Notes: generated by a model from the sequence alone, not told the origin. Counted from the stretch's first letter, positions 27,653-38,348 are shown. The stretch is DNA of 64,000 nt from Candidatus Hodarchaeota archaeon (GCA_016840035.1 JAEOTC010000077.1:20053-84052); one strand, 5' to 3'. Numbers and translations are program-made.

Positions 27653-29509
27653 TCAGGGATTTTCAGCCATCTCTGCTCCAATGGGAGGTGTGGTTCCATT
27701 GGGAGTCCAATCTACCTCTTGATGTTTGAAATATGTGTTGTAAAGGGTAGCGTACTCACCGTCTAATGCTAATAAATCATCATGAGTTCCTTCCTCTATA
27801 ATTTGCCCATGATCGATTACAATAATCCGATCAGCATTCTTGACAGTGGATAATCTGTGAGCAATAATAATAGACGTTCTACCTTTCATCAGCTCCTCAA
27901 GTGATTCTTGTATCATTGACTCAGTATAAGCATCAACAGAGGAAGTAGCCTCATCTAGAATCAAGATTTTTGGATCTGCTAATAGTGCGCGTGCAAAACT
28001 GATCAGCTGTCTTTGCCCAGTACTTAGAAGTGATCCACCTTCACCCACGGAGGTATTTAAACCGTCTTTCAAGTATTCCAAAATTTCTTCGACACGAGAA
28101 ATTTGTAGTGCTTGTTTTAAGTCGTCTTCAGAAGCATTTTTACGGCCATAAGTTATATTTTCTAATATCGTCCCGTTAAATAGAAATGGAGTTTGTAATA
28201 CAACACCTAAATGGTTTCGATATCCTTTAAGCTTGTAATCTCGAACGTGTGTCCCATCGACGAGTATTTTTCCATTTTGAAACTCATAAAACCTTGTTAA
28301 TAAGGCTATTATCGAAGTTTTTCCAGCCCCGGTATGTCCAACAATTGCTAATTTCTCTCCGGGGTTAATTTTTAAGGTGAAATTAGTTAGAACTGGAGAT
28401 TCAGGAACATAGGCGAAATCCACATTTTGAAATTCGATCTTTCCTGTAATAGACTCCTTCTCTATATTCCCTAAGTCTTGAACTGAGGGTTCTGTGTCGA
28501 TTACTTGAAGGATTCGCTCAAATGCGGCAAAACCTGCCTGAATTTGTGCGTAAAAACTGATTAACTGAGTTATTGGGAAGAAAAAGTTATTCAGATAAGA
28601 AACAAAGATGAATAAATACGCTGCAGTAATTATACTGGATCCAGATAATGCGAGTTCACCCCCAACTAAGAGAATGAGGACTGTGGCAGTGGCTGACAAT
28701 AGTTCAACAAATGGAAAAAAGAGCATCATAGATATGCTTCTTTTAAATCCAGCCTGAAAGTGCTTCTGATTTATTCCTTTAAACTCGTCTAATGATTCAG
28801 ATTCAACACCAAAAGATTTAGACACTTGAATTCCATTTACACTCTCCGCAATGGCGGCATTTACCGATGCATGTGCCTTTCTAAAACCCATGCTTGTTGA
28901 ACGAGCTACTTTTCGGAATAAATAGCTGATTACTATTAATACAGGAATTACTGATGCAGTAATTAAAGCTAATTGTAAATTGATTAAGGCCAAGACAAAA
29001 AATACTGCTATAATAATCAAGAATTGCCCTACAACTGTTAAAACGATAGAAACGGCTCCTCCATAATCAGCAGCGTCACTGGAAACACGAGAATTCAATC
29101 TTCCGCTACGATGTTTATCAAAGAATTTCATATCTTGTTTTTGTAAGGCATCAAAGATGTCTCCACGTAAGGTCACCATGAAAAAAGGAACGACTTTAGC
29201 TACTTGAACATTTATTGTAAAATCCCCGAGCCAACTAAAAACAGATAACACTAAATAACATGTTCCTGCAAACAAGACGACTACAATGCTCACTTCTGTT
29301 AAATCCGATGAATCCAATGTTTGGATTAGAAATCCAAAAATGAGCGGGGTTAAAAGACTAATAACTGTTAACAGAATAGTAGTAACTGACGAAATAATGA
29401 TGGGCTTTCGATAAGGTGCTAATCTTTTGAGAGAGCGTTGAATAAGTTCACGATCACTGTACCTTCTTTCATCTTCAGATCTCTCAATTCCTTCAAATAT
29501 CCAACCCAT
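27653..29509 (-). CDS. ABC exporter, fused permease/ATPase (MdlB/MsbA-like half transporter)
   Basis: 6-TM N-terminal domain. Walker A GHTGAGKTS, signature LSTGQRQ, Walker B ILILDEATS. Confidence 0.9.
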   Translation of the reverse strand: MGWIFEGIERSEDERRYSDRELIQRSLKRLAPYRKPIIISSVTTILLTVISLLTPLIFGFLIQTLDSSDLTEVSIVVVLFAGTCYLVLSVFSWLGDFTINVQVAKVVPFFMVTLRGDIFDALQKQDMKFFDKHRSGRLNSRVSSDAADYGGAVSIVLTVVGQFLIIIAVFFVLALINLQLALITASVIPVLIVISYLFRKVARSTSMGFRKAHASVNAAIAESVNGIQVSKSFGVESESLDEFKGINQKHFQAGFKRSISMMLFFPFVELLSATATVLILLVGGELALSGSSIITAAYLFIFVSYLNNFFFPITQLISFYAQIQAGFAAFERILQVIDTEPSVQDLGNIEKESITGKIEFQNVDFAYVPESPVLTNFTLKINPGEKLAIVGHTGAGKTSIIALLTRFYEFQNGKILVDGTHVRDYKLKGYRNHLGVVLQTPFLFNGTILENITYGRKNASEDDLKQALQISRVEEILEYLKDGLNTSVGEGGSLLSTGQRQLISFARALLADPKILILDEATSSVDAYTESMIQESLEELMKGRTSIIIAHRLSTVKNADRIIVIDHGQIIEEGTHDDLLALDGEYATLYNTYFKHQEVDWTPNGTTPPIGAEMAENP

Positions 29510-31371
29510 TATGAACTACCTCCAATTTCATCTGTGTACTCGCTTTCTAATGGGGGTAACACCGCGTACTTACCAAAGATCCGTCTATAATCAGGTGAAG
29601 CACGAATAAGCTTTGAATGATGTCCTTTAGCAACAATTTTATTTCCCTTTATCACGATAACACAATCCGCTCTTCTTATCTGTGATAGTCGGTGTGTAAT
29701 GATAAAAGTGGTACGCCCTTGACTCACAGCGTTAATTGCTTTTACTATTTCTTCTTCTGTTTTTGAATCCACGGAGGAAGTTGAATCATCAAGGATTAAT
29801 ATTCTTGGATCGGTCAGAAATGTTCGTGCAAGAGCTACTCTTTGTCGTTGACCTCCAGAGAGTTGACTTCCCCCTTCTCCGACATAGGTATCATATCCCT
29901 TAGGAAATTCGGAAATAAAATCATGAGCTTGAGCCAATTTTGCAGCTTCAATAATACTCGGATCATCAGCTTCTCTGGCACCGAATGCGATATTCTCTCG
30001 AATTGATCTAGGAAAAAGATAGACATCCTGCTCAATCAATCCTATTTGTTTCCTTAAAATTTCTAAGGGGATTTTTTGGATATTCACATCATCTAAGAAT
30101 ATATCACCAGAATAATCGTACAATCTCAATAATAATTTTGTCAAAGATGATTTTCCAGATCCAGTGGGGCCCACAATTGCTATCATTTGTCCTGGAGCGA
30201 CACTAAATGAAATATCATCAAGAATTGGTCCTTTTGAGGTAGGATACTGGAACGAAACATTCTGAAACTTAATTTTTCCCTGAATAGTTTCCATTAAGGA
30301 CATTCCATTTTCTAGAGTATCCTCACCAACCTCTTTCATTTCCATATTGTAAATACGCCTTGCTCCAGCTAATCCACCATTATAAAGCATAACCGCAAAC
30401 GAGATGATATATGTAGGACCAATAAGGGTAAATAAAATACCAGTAAATCCTACTAAGGTGCCTATGGTAATTTCACCAGCTAGAATAAGTAAAGATCCGA
30501 TGAGAACAGAGGTTCCTGTTGTAGCGAATAAAATTAGAGTTGGGAAATATCGTGCTTGAAGAATTTGTCGTTTATACCATGTATCTCTGAAGTCCAAGAC
30601 AAAATCCATGAACTTTCTCCGTTCATACGACTCCTCTGCAAAAGCTCGAACCACTTCTGCACCTGTTATGTTATCCTGAACCGCAGTCGCTATTGCACTC
30701 CATTTTCGCATAAATGTGTGGCTAATAGGAGCCATTTTCTTGTTATAGCTAAACACAGCCCACAAATAGACTAGAAAAAATGGTATTGATAATAATAACA
30801 GCTGGGGGGCTTTTAGAATTGTTAAGACAAGTACTGCAGCTATCGTGACTGAGATGAATACATCAGCCATCATAGAAAAACCTGGGGAAATTAATCCACC
30901 AACTTGAGAAAGATCATTAGTAGCTAACGCCATTAATTCCCCTGTTCTTACTGAATCATGAAATTTTAGTGGTTTATTTTGCATAGAGTCAAAAAATTCC
31001 TCACGAATTCGTTTTTGTGAGGTCCATGATAACCATTCATTAGCAATCGAGGTGATAATCCCAATTAAGAAGCGGAGGATTCCCATTATCAGAATCAGAA
31101 ATACGAAATCACGCAAGAGATCGAGTTGTTGACTATTTGTACGTAAGTCTGGTAGATCGATAATCGCCCTATCTAGTGCCTGTCCCAAAAATATTGGTAT
31201 TAGCATGCGTATTAAAATAGATATTGATGTACCAACAAATATGACTATTAAATTCAATGGATTTGCCAATAAATGACCAAAAAACCAGCGAGAAAACGAT
31301 TTAGAAGAAACCTGATCCTTCGTAGTAATTGTCGCCATAATAAAAGAGCGGGATATCGAACTTATATACAA
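29509..31371 (-). CDS. ABC exporter, fused permease/ATPase (partner half transporter)
   Basis: Walker A GPTGSGKSS, signature LSGGQRQ, Walker B ILILDDSTS. There is a 1-nt stop/start overlap with the downstream half transporter. The start is possibly the ATG at 31338. Confidence 0.9.
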   Translation of the reverse strand: MYISSISRSFIMATITTKDQVSSKSFSRWFFGHLLANPLNLIVIFVGTSISILIRMLIPIFLGQALDRAIIDLPDLRTNSQQLDLLRDFVFLILIMGILRFLIGIITSIANEWLSWTSQKRIREEFFDSMQNKPLKFHDSVRTGELMALATNDLSQVGGLISPGFSMMADVFISVTIAAVLVLTILKAPQLLLLSIPFFLVYLWAVFSYNKKMAPISHTFMRKWSAIATAVQDNITGAEVVRAFAEESYERRKFMDFVLDFRDTWYKRQILQARYFPTLILFATTGTSVLIGSLLILAGEITIGTLVGFTGILFTLIGPTYIISFAVMLYNGGLAGARRIYNMEMKEVGEDTLENGMSLMETIQGKIKFQNVSFQYPTSKGPILDDISFSVAPGQMIAIVGPTGSGKSSLTKLLLRLYDYSGDIFLDDVNIQKIPLEILRKQIGLIEQDVYLFPRSIRENIAFGAREADDPSIIEAAKLAQAHDFISEFPKGYDTYVGEGGSQLSGGQRQRVALARTFLTDPRILILDDSTSSVDSKTEEEIVKAINAVSQGRTTFIITHRLSQIRRADCVIVIKGNKIVAKGHHSKLIRASPDYRRIFGKYAVLPPLESEYTDEIGGSS

Positions 31372-31410
31372 TTTACTCTTGGCAAGTATATATTCCTAGC
31401 TTGGGAAATT

Positions 31411-33789
31411 TTAATTCTTTTTTAGTAAGAGTCGACTTTGAGCACGTGATTTTATCTCATCTCGATCCCACAACATTGGATGATAGTCCCCTTTGTACCA
31501 CATGGGTATCAGATCATCATAATGTGGACTAGCTAAATGCCCAGATTGTCCTGGTGCAAATATCATTAGCGATTTTGAAAGATCATTTAAGTCAATTATC
31601 TGTCTATGGGATGGAGCCCATGCATTAACGTTATATGGATCATCTGCATGGATAGCTGTTTGACATAGAGTGTCTGTATCCCCACCAATAGGAATATTGC
31701 CACGGTTAAATACCTGATCCAATGGTCTTTTTAACCCCATTGCATGAGGGAAATTGACTTTATGTAGTTTTCCCCATTGCCAATCCGTTGGTTTTTTCCC
31801 GCAGGAACGAGTTAACCACTCAAAAGTTTTTTTCAAATTACGTAAGATTATCTCTTCTGTACCCCCCGCCTCTTGAATCCACCAAGAATTTGGAGATTTC
31901 AGTAGTCGCATGATGATATAGGTATCGTGTCCGTAAAACTCATTAGCATGATACAAGACTGGATTGAACCCCTTTCCCATGATTTCAAACACTAAATTCT
32001 CACTTAAACTACAACTCAAAATATCCCTAACGATCATGTACCGAAGGACCTCATAAATTGTACCTCCGATTGATTCAGGAGATAACACGCCGTTCCATGA
32101 GAGTAACAGTTGCAGTGCTTCTGCCACTTCCGAATTCGAAGGAGTTGGCAAACCCAAATTTCTGATTAGTTCGATAAATTCTTTTCCAGGTAAACATGTC
32201 ACATCCATCTGCATTGCTTTAAAATCTTCGACAGATAACTTTTCTCCTCTCTCCTTAAGCATCTGTTCAAACCGGGCTGCCCTAGCTCCATTCATCCAAA
32301 CATCTCCCAAATAATAGGGAAAATCATCAGGTACAATTTTATGGTTACAATTGATAATATAGCCCTGCTTTGGGTTTAGTGCGTGAGGCATTGATTTGAA
32401 AGGAATCTCTCCTTGCCATTCATAAGAATCATCCCATCCTGGAACAGGAACAGTGCCTTTATGTTTAGGTACTCTAAGAGGAACCTTTCCCGTAACCCAA
32501 TAACCGATATTGTTCTCTGTATCGGCATATGACATGTTTAGCTGTGTTGCATCAATGGATCTCATTGCTTCAACAAATTCATTCCAATTTGACGCTTTGT
32601 TCAATGAAATATAGCCCTGTAATGCCTGACTGGGTCTTAATGCCATAGAATTAATCGCAAGTCTAACGTTTGATCCTTCAATCACATCACTAATTATTGG
32701 TCCATGTCGAGTTATAAGTACTTTTTCGATGAGAGGGCCTTCTTGTCCTTTAATAATTATCTCTTCTTCAATAATCTCCGCATCAATAAACTCTCCATTA
32801 ACTTCGTATTGATTAGGATTCTGTTCGTTCATTCTTTCAATGTATAAGTCCTCAGCATCTGTAAAAGCTAATGTACTCCCCCAAGCTATGCTTTGATTGT
32901 GGCCCACGAGAATCATAGGTACTCCACACAACGAAACTCCAGATACATTGAATTCAGCTCCCATTAAATGTGTTTCGTACCAAATACTTGGTAGCATCAA
33001 TGATAAATGCATATCATTACACAAGTAAGTATGTCCAGTTGTACTTTTCTCTTTAGAAACAACCCACGTATTGCTTCCTTGCCCTTGTGACAAAAAAGGG
33101 CCGTTAGATCCTGAAAGAATACCATCTTTACTTAAGACATTGAACTCGATTCCATTAGGCAAAGTTATTGGATGAGTAATAGGAAATTTTATTTCTAATT
33201 CAGCAGCGTGATCGGCCCCGACCTCTTCAACTATTTTTGACCTAACTATTTCCCCATACCAGGCATGTGAAAGCTGCCAAAGCATAACTCGAGCAAATGC
33301 ACAACTATCCTCGGGACTCCACATTTTTGGTTTATGTCTGATCAGAGTAAATTCTACTGGCAACTTCGATTTTTTATGCTGTAAAAAAGCATTTACTCCA
33401 TCTGTATATGCTTGTATACAATCTTTTACCTCTTCTGTAGCATTATTCCAATCTATCTTTCCTAATCGAGCGAATCCGAATGTTCGGGATGTACGGTCTG
33501 TTTCGATTGCAAGATCACCAATTAATTCACTCAAAGTACCATTTGCTGTTCTTCGATTGAGTTCCATCTGCCATAAGCGGTCTTGTGCTTGTACAAATCC
33601 TTGGGCAAAGAATAAATCATATTTATGGTCAGCAAAAATATGCGGAATTCCCCATTTATCCCGAATAATCTCAACTGAACTTCCTCTTAATCCCTCTACC
33701 TCTATCTCACCGTCAACTATTGGTAATCGACGTTTACTCATCTGAGTGAGGACAAACCGCATTATTTTACCTAAAACCATCCTTACCAT
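31411..33789 (-). CDS. penicillin amidase / acyl-homoserine-lactone-acylase family (MEROPS S45, Ntn hydrolase)
   Basis: IIRDKWGIPHIFA, AQDRLWQM, and the autoprocessing site QGQG-SNTWVVS followed by CNDMHL. Size 792 aa. Confidence 0.9.
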   Translation of the reverse strand: MVRMVLGKIMRFVLTQMSKRRLPIVDGEIEVEGLRGSSVEIIRDKWGIPHIFADHKYDLFFAQGFVQAQDRLWQMELNRRTANGTLSELIGDLAIETDRTSRTFGFARLGKIDWNNATEEVKDCIQAYTDGVNAFLQHKKSKLPVEFTLIRHKPKMWSPEDSCAFARVMLWQLSHAWYGEIVRSKIVEEVGADHAAELEIKFPITHPITLPNGIEFNVLSKDGILSGSNGPFLSQGQGSNTWVVSKEKSTTGHTYLCNDMHLSLMLPSIWYETHLMGAEFNVSGVSLCGVPMILVGHNQSIAWGSTLAFTDAEDLYIERMNEQNPNQYEVNGEFIDAEIIEEEIIIKGQEGPLIEKVLITRHGPIISDVIEGSNVRLAINSMALRPSQALQGYISLNKASNWNEFVEAMRSIDATQLNMSYADTENNIGYWVTGKVPLRVPKHKGTVPVPGWDDSYEWQGEIPFKSMPHALNPKQGYIINCNHKIVPDDFPYYLGDVWMNGARAARFEQMLKERGEKLSVEDFKAMQMDVTCLPGKEFIELIRNLGLPTPSNSEVAEALQLLLSWNGVLSPESIGGTIYEVLRYMIVRDILSCSLSENLVFEIMGKGFNPVLYHANEFYGHDTYIIMRLLKSPNSWWIQEAGGTEEIILRNLKKTFEWLTRSCGKKPTDWQWGKLHKVNFPHAMGLKRPLDQVFNRGNIPIGGDTDTLCQTAIHADDPYNVNAWAPSHRQIIDLNDLSKSLMIFAPGQSGHLASPHYDDLIPMWYKGDYHPMLWDRDEIKSRAQSRLLLKKN

Positions 33790-34076
33790 CCTTCTTGATT
33801 TGGCCGCTTTTTTAAATTAATGCATTACACGAACATCATAGAATTCTTAAAGTTTTAGGAGAATTTAGTGACTATAGTTCTGATACGATATCTCTCTTTA
33901 CATAAGAACCCACATGTCAAAAGATTGTATTCAGAATATGACAAGATTGAATTACTGGGTATTTTTTTATTTGATAACCGTCTGAAAGACTTTTTTATTT
34001 GTGAACTGGTCTTTTAATAATGACATCAAAATGCTGTAAATCAGCAATAACCTACCTGTACGGTTTCTAGGATTTG

Positions 34077-34099
34077 GGAAGAGTATAAGGAAGAGTATA
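34077..34099. repeat. tandem direct repeat GGAAGAGTATA x2 upstream of uvrA
   Basis: ggaagagtata-a-ggaagagtata at 34077-34099. A third GAAGAGTA lies at 34170-34177. Confidence 0.5.
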
Positions 34100-34183
34100 G
34101 TGAATATTAAATCTATTTCTAATTCCTAAACCATTTGCCAAATTCTATGAATATAAATAAGCATAGCATGAAGAGTACTACTA

Positions 34184-37084
34184 ATGGTTTCTGGCAAGAA
34201 AGAGGTAATTTCTGTCCAAAATGCCCGAGTTCATAATCTCCGTAACTTATCTGTCGAAATTCCTCATAATCAACTCGTTGTGATCACAGGTGTTTCTGGT
34301 AGTGGGAAATCAAGCTTGGCATTTGATGTCATCTTCGCAGAAGGACAAAGACGTTATGTAGAGTCATTATCTGCCTATGCACGACAATTCCTTGGTAGAA
34401 TGCAGAAACCTGATGTTGATCATATAGAGGGATTAAGTCCAGCTGTTAGTATTGAGCAAAAGACTACAAGCAGAAATCCTCGTTCCACTGTTGGTACTCA
34501 GACAGAAATTTACGATTACCTCCGTCTTCTTTATGCAAATGTAGGAATTCCTCATTGCACTTCGTGTGGGAAAGAACTTAAGATTCAAACTCCTCAATCA
34601 ATTGCAAGGATGATTCGGTCATGGGAAGAAGGAACACGCATCAAAATACTTGCCCCTATCATTCGTGGAAAGAAAGGAACCCATCATACACAATGGGATC
34701 GATTGACAGAATTAGGATATGCACGAGTTAGGGTAGATAATGAAGAATATGAGCTAACAGACCCTCCAAAACTTGATAGATACAAGATTCACACTATTGA
34801 AGTAATTATTGACCGATTAATCATTAATGACCACTTGTCTAAATCACGGCTTATTGAAGCAATTGAGCAAGCCCTTGCATTAGGGGAGGGCTTACTTATT
34901 GTTACCAAGATCGAAAATGGTACAAAAAAGTCGATTGATAACTTATTTTCAGAAAACTATGCCTGTGCTGATTGTTCTCTTTCATTTGAAGAATTAAAAC
35001 CCAGAAATTTTAGTTTCAATTCTCCTTGGGGAAGTTGTCCAGAGTGTCAGGGTCTGGGAAAAACGCTGAAAATCGATCCTGATCTAATTATTACCAATAA
35101 AGATTTAAGTTTCCGAACAGGCGCCTTTATGGATAGACCATTAGAGCCCGGGACGTGGAGGTATTCCTACTACACTGCTCTCGATAAAGCTTGGGATGAT
35201 TTTTCTGTAGACACCCCTGTTAAAGATCTATCTGATGATGTAATCGAAAGACTACTTCATGGATCCAAAGGGGATATTAGTATCGTTTTTGAATCAGATA
35301 AGAGTCGATGGGAGTCAAAAAAGCATCATCACGAAGGTCTCGTAAATACGATTTGGCGTCGTTACCGTGAAACGAAATCTGATGGCTCACGAAGATATTA
35401 TGAAACCTTAATGCGAAAAGATTCTTGTGAAACCTGCCAGGGAAAGCGACTAAAACCATCCAGCTTAGCAGTGACTATCAATGATAAAAATATTGTTGAC
35501 ATCAGTAATACTACAGTTGAGCAATGCTTAGATTGGATCGAGGAAACGCGGGGAGGGTTATCAAAAACTCATCTAAAAATTGCAACGAATATATTAAGAG
35601 AAATAGAAAGTAGATTAATGTTTCTTATTTCTGTAGGATTACCGTATTTGACATTGGATCGCGCATCGATGACATTGTCTGGAGGGGAATCACAGCGCAT
35701 TCGACTGGCAACTCAAATCGGTTCAGCGTTAGTTGGAGTAACTTACGTCTTAGATGAACCCAGTATCGGATTACACGCAAGAGATCAAAATAAACTACTT
35801 GAATCTTTGAAAAACTTACGTGCCATCGGTAATACTGTGATAGCAGTTGAACATGATCACCAAACTATTCTATCAGCAGATCATGTTATTGATCTCGGCC
35901 CTGGTCCAGGAATTCATGGAGGGACTCTAGTCGCCCAGGGCTCCCCTGAAGTAATTCTTAACTCCCCAAACTCTCTAACAGGAGCTTATCTATCGGGAAA
36001 AAAAGTTATTGCAATTCCAAAATCTCGTCTCAATGGAAATGGGAAAAAGATCTCCATATTTGGAGCTAAAGAGAACAATTTGAAGAATATCGATGTGGAT
36101 TTTCCTCTTGGCAGATTTATTTGTTTAACAGGAGTATCAGGTTCAGGTAAATCGACTTTAATGAATGAAACTCTCTATAAAGGCTTAATGAAGTACTTAC
36201 ACGGTTCAAAAACACGTGTAGGAAGTCATGAGAAGTTTATTGGACTTGAGTATGTTGATAAAGTTATTAACATTGATCAAAGTCCTATAGGTAGAACTCC
36301 CAGAAGTAACCCAGCCACCTATACAGGAGTGTGGGATCATATTCGTCAATTATTTACCCAAGTAAAGGAGTCTAAACTTCGGGGATATAAACCAGGACGA
36401 TTTTCGTTTAATGTGAAAGGAGGAAGATGTGAAAAATGCCGTGGAGGAGGCCAAATTAAAATTGAACTTTCATTTTTACCTGATGTATGGATAACTTGTG
36501 AAGATTGCAAAGGTAAGCGGTATAATTCAGAAACGCTTGAAATCCGTTATAAAGGTAAGAACATTTCCGATATCCTAAATCTAACCGTTGAGGAAGGATT
36601 GGAATTCTTCGAAAAAATCCCCCCGATTAAGAAAAAATTACAAACCATTGTTGATGTAGGACTTGGGTATATCCAAATTGGTCAAGCAGCGACAACGCTT
36701 TCTGGCGGTGAAGCTCAAAGGGTCAAGTTAGCAAAAGAATTATCAAAGAAATCTACAGGAAAAACATTTTACATCTTAGATGAACCAACTACTGGTCTTT
36801 CCACACATGATATATCTTTTCTTCTGGCAGTTTTACAAAGACTTGTGAAAGAAGGAAATACTGTTGTAGTCATCGAACACAACCTTGATGTGATCAAAAC
36901 CTGTGACTGGATCGTAGAGTTAGGCCCTGAGGGTGGTGATAATGGAGGAATGGTTCTAGCAACAGGAACTCCAGAGAAAATCGCTCAAGTCGACTGTCCT
37001 ACAGGGTTGTTTTTACGAGAGATTCTGGAAGTTTACTCTACAAGCACTTCACAGAAAAAAAACAAGGTTAAAACTACTGATTAA
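34184..37084 (+). CDS. uvrA: excinuclease ABC subunit UvrA
   Basis: NARVHNLRNLSVEIP..TGVSGSGKSSLAFD, CxxC zinc modules, two ABC signatures (LSGGESQR, LSGGEAQR), and a second Walker A GVSGSGKST. Size 966 aa. Confidence 0.95.
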   Translation: MVSGKKEVISVQNARVHNLRNLSVEIPHNQLVVITGVSGSGKSSLAFDVIFAEGQRRYVESLSAYARQFLGRMQKPDVDHIEGLSPAVSIEQKTTSRNPRSTVGTQTEIYDYLRLLYANVGIPHCTSCGKELKIQTPQSIARMIRSWEEGTRIKILAPIIRGKKGTHHTQWDRLTELGYARVRVDNEEYELTDPPKLDRYKIHTIEVIIDRLIINDHLSKSRLIEAIEQALALGEGLLIVTKIENGTKKSIDNLFSENYACADCSLSFEELKPRNFSFNSPWGSCPECQGLGKTLKIDPDLIITNKDLSFRTGAFMDRPLEPGTWRYSYYTALDKAWDDFSVDTPVKDLSDDVIERLLHGSKGDISIVFESDKSRWESKKHHHEGLVNTIWRRYRETKSDGSRRYYETLMRKDSCETCQGKRLKPSSLAVTINDKNIVDISNTTVEQCLDWIEETRGGLSKTHLKIATNILREIESRLMFLISVGLPYLTLDRASMTLSGGESQRIRLATQIGSALVGVTYVLDEPSIGLHARDQNKLLESLKNLRAIGNTVIAVEHDHQTILSADHVIDLGPGPGIHGGTLVAQGSPEVILNSPNSLTGAYLSGKKVIAIPKSRLNGNGKKISIFGAKENNLKNIDVDFPLGRFICLTGVSGSGKSTLMNETLYKGLMKYLHGSKTRVGSHEKFIGLEYVDKVINIDQSPIGRTPRSNPATYTGVWDHIRQLFTQVKESKLRGYKPGRFSFNVKGGRCEKCRGGGQIKIELSFLPDVWITCEDCKGKRYNSETLEIRYKGKNISDILNLTVEEGLEFFEKIPPIKKKLQTIVDVGLGYIQIGQAATTLSGGEAQRVKLAKELSKKSTGKTFYILDEPTTGLSTHDISFLLAVLQRLVKEGNTVVVIEHNLDVIKTCDWIVELGPEGGDNGGMVLATGTPEKIAQVDCPTGLFLREILEVYSTSTSQKKNKVKTTD

Positions 37085-37196
37085 GGTTTTAAGCGTTTTA
37101 ATTTCAACTTAAATTAACCATTGATTCTTTTTCTTGAGAATAGAGTATTTCATAAACAATCGTTTTTATGGTATGTGTGTAAGAATTTGAATTAGA

Positions 37197-38348
37197 GTGA
37201 AGAAAAAGGTCTGCCTCCTAATGACTCAAGATAATCCAACAAAGACATTCGATGAAACAGATTTACTGTCATTTAACGAGATAAAACGATTAACAGATCT
37301 GGTTTTTGTCCCCTCAGGTTATATCGTTCAATTGAAGAACCTAAAAAATGAAATCCTCTGGGAAGATCCTCAAATCGTAAAGATAAGGGGTGACCAAAGA
37401 AATCAGAATTGTTACAAGGTTAATTTCGGAAGAGATTATCCATGCCCACATTGTTCCGCAATGGACAGCATTGAAAAAATGAAACCTATGATAAAAGAAG
37501 ATAGAAGCCTCATCGATGGAAAATGGTATCGTGTCATTGCCCTTCCAATAACATATCAAGGAAAGATTGCCGCTATAGAACTCATACAAGATATTACTTC
37601 AGAAAGGCATCAAAGGCAATTATTTGATTCTCTAGCATCGAAAGACTCTTTAGTATTAAATATTATTAGACATGATATTCCAAATTACTTGAATATAATA
37701 AATATGGCCTTAGAAAGTCTTGAATTGACAAATAAATTAGGAGAAAAAGAAAAATCATTTTTAAAGATAGCTCAATCTAATACCACACATACAATTTCCA
37801 TTTTGGAAGAATTACGAGATTTAAGTAGACTAGAAGATCCAATGGGAAAATTAGAGAAAATTGAAATAATAACAACTCTTGAAGATTGTATCAAAGAAAT
37901 ATCTTCTATGTTCCCTGAAAAGACTTTACAGCCTGAATTTAATATAGAAGTTCCAAGAAATAATACAATAATCTGGGCTAATAAATTATTGGCAGAAATA
38001 TTCTTAAATGTCTTAACAAATGCAATAAAATTCACAGAAAGTTCACTAGTTGAAGTTAAGATTCAAATTACTGATTTCATTGATGAGCGTGAATACATTC
38101 AAATAAAATTTGATGATTTCGGGAGTGGTATTCCTCCAGAGATTATTGAAGTTTTATTCAACAGAGCGGAGAGATTAAAAAGAGGATGGAAAGCAAAAAA
38201 GGGTTCTACTGGACTTGGAGTTACAATAATTAAATCTCTCGTTGATATTTTCGGTGGAGAAGTATTTTTTCTTAATAGAGTTAAGGAAGATTGGACTAAG
38301 GGAACTTCAGTAATACTCCGTTTTCCCCAAGTAATTAAAAGAACGTGA
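37197..38348 (+). CDS. sensor histidine kinase with N-terminal Cys-motif PAS-like domain
   Basis: CYKVNFGRDYPCPHCS...DGKWYRV.ALPI...IQDITSER (PAS-like with Cys motif). H-box IRHDIPNYL, N-box LTNAIKFT, G-boxes DDFGSGIP and GSTGLGVTI. Confidence 0.8.
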   Translation: MKKKVCLLMTQDNPTKTFDETDLLSFNEIKRLTDLVFVPSGYIVQLKNLKNEILWEDPQIVKIRGDQRNQNCYKVNFGRDYPCPHCSAMDSIEKMKPMIKEDRSLIDGKWYRVIALPITYQGKIAAIELIQDITSERHQRQLFDSLASKDSLVLNIIRHDIPNYLNIINMALESLELTNKLGEKEKSFLKIAQSNTTHTISILEELRDLSRLEDPMGKLEKIEIITTLEDCIKEISSMFPEKTLQPEFNIEVPRNNTIIWANKLLAEIFLNVLTNAIKFTESSLVEVKIQITDFIDEREYIQIKFDDFGSGIPPEIIEVLFNRAERLKRGWKAKKGSTGLGVTIIKSLVDIFGGEVFFLNRVKEDWTKGTSVILRFPQVIKRT

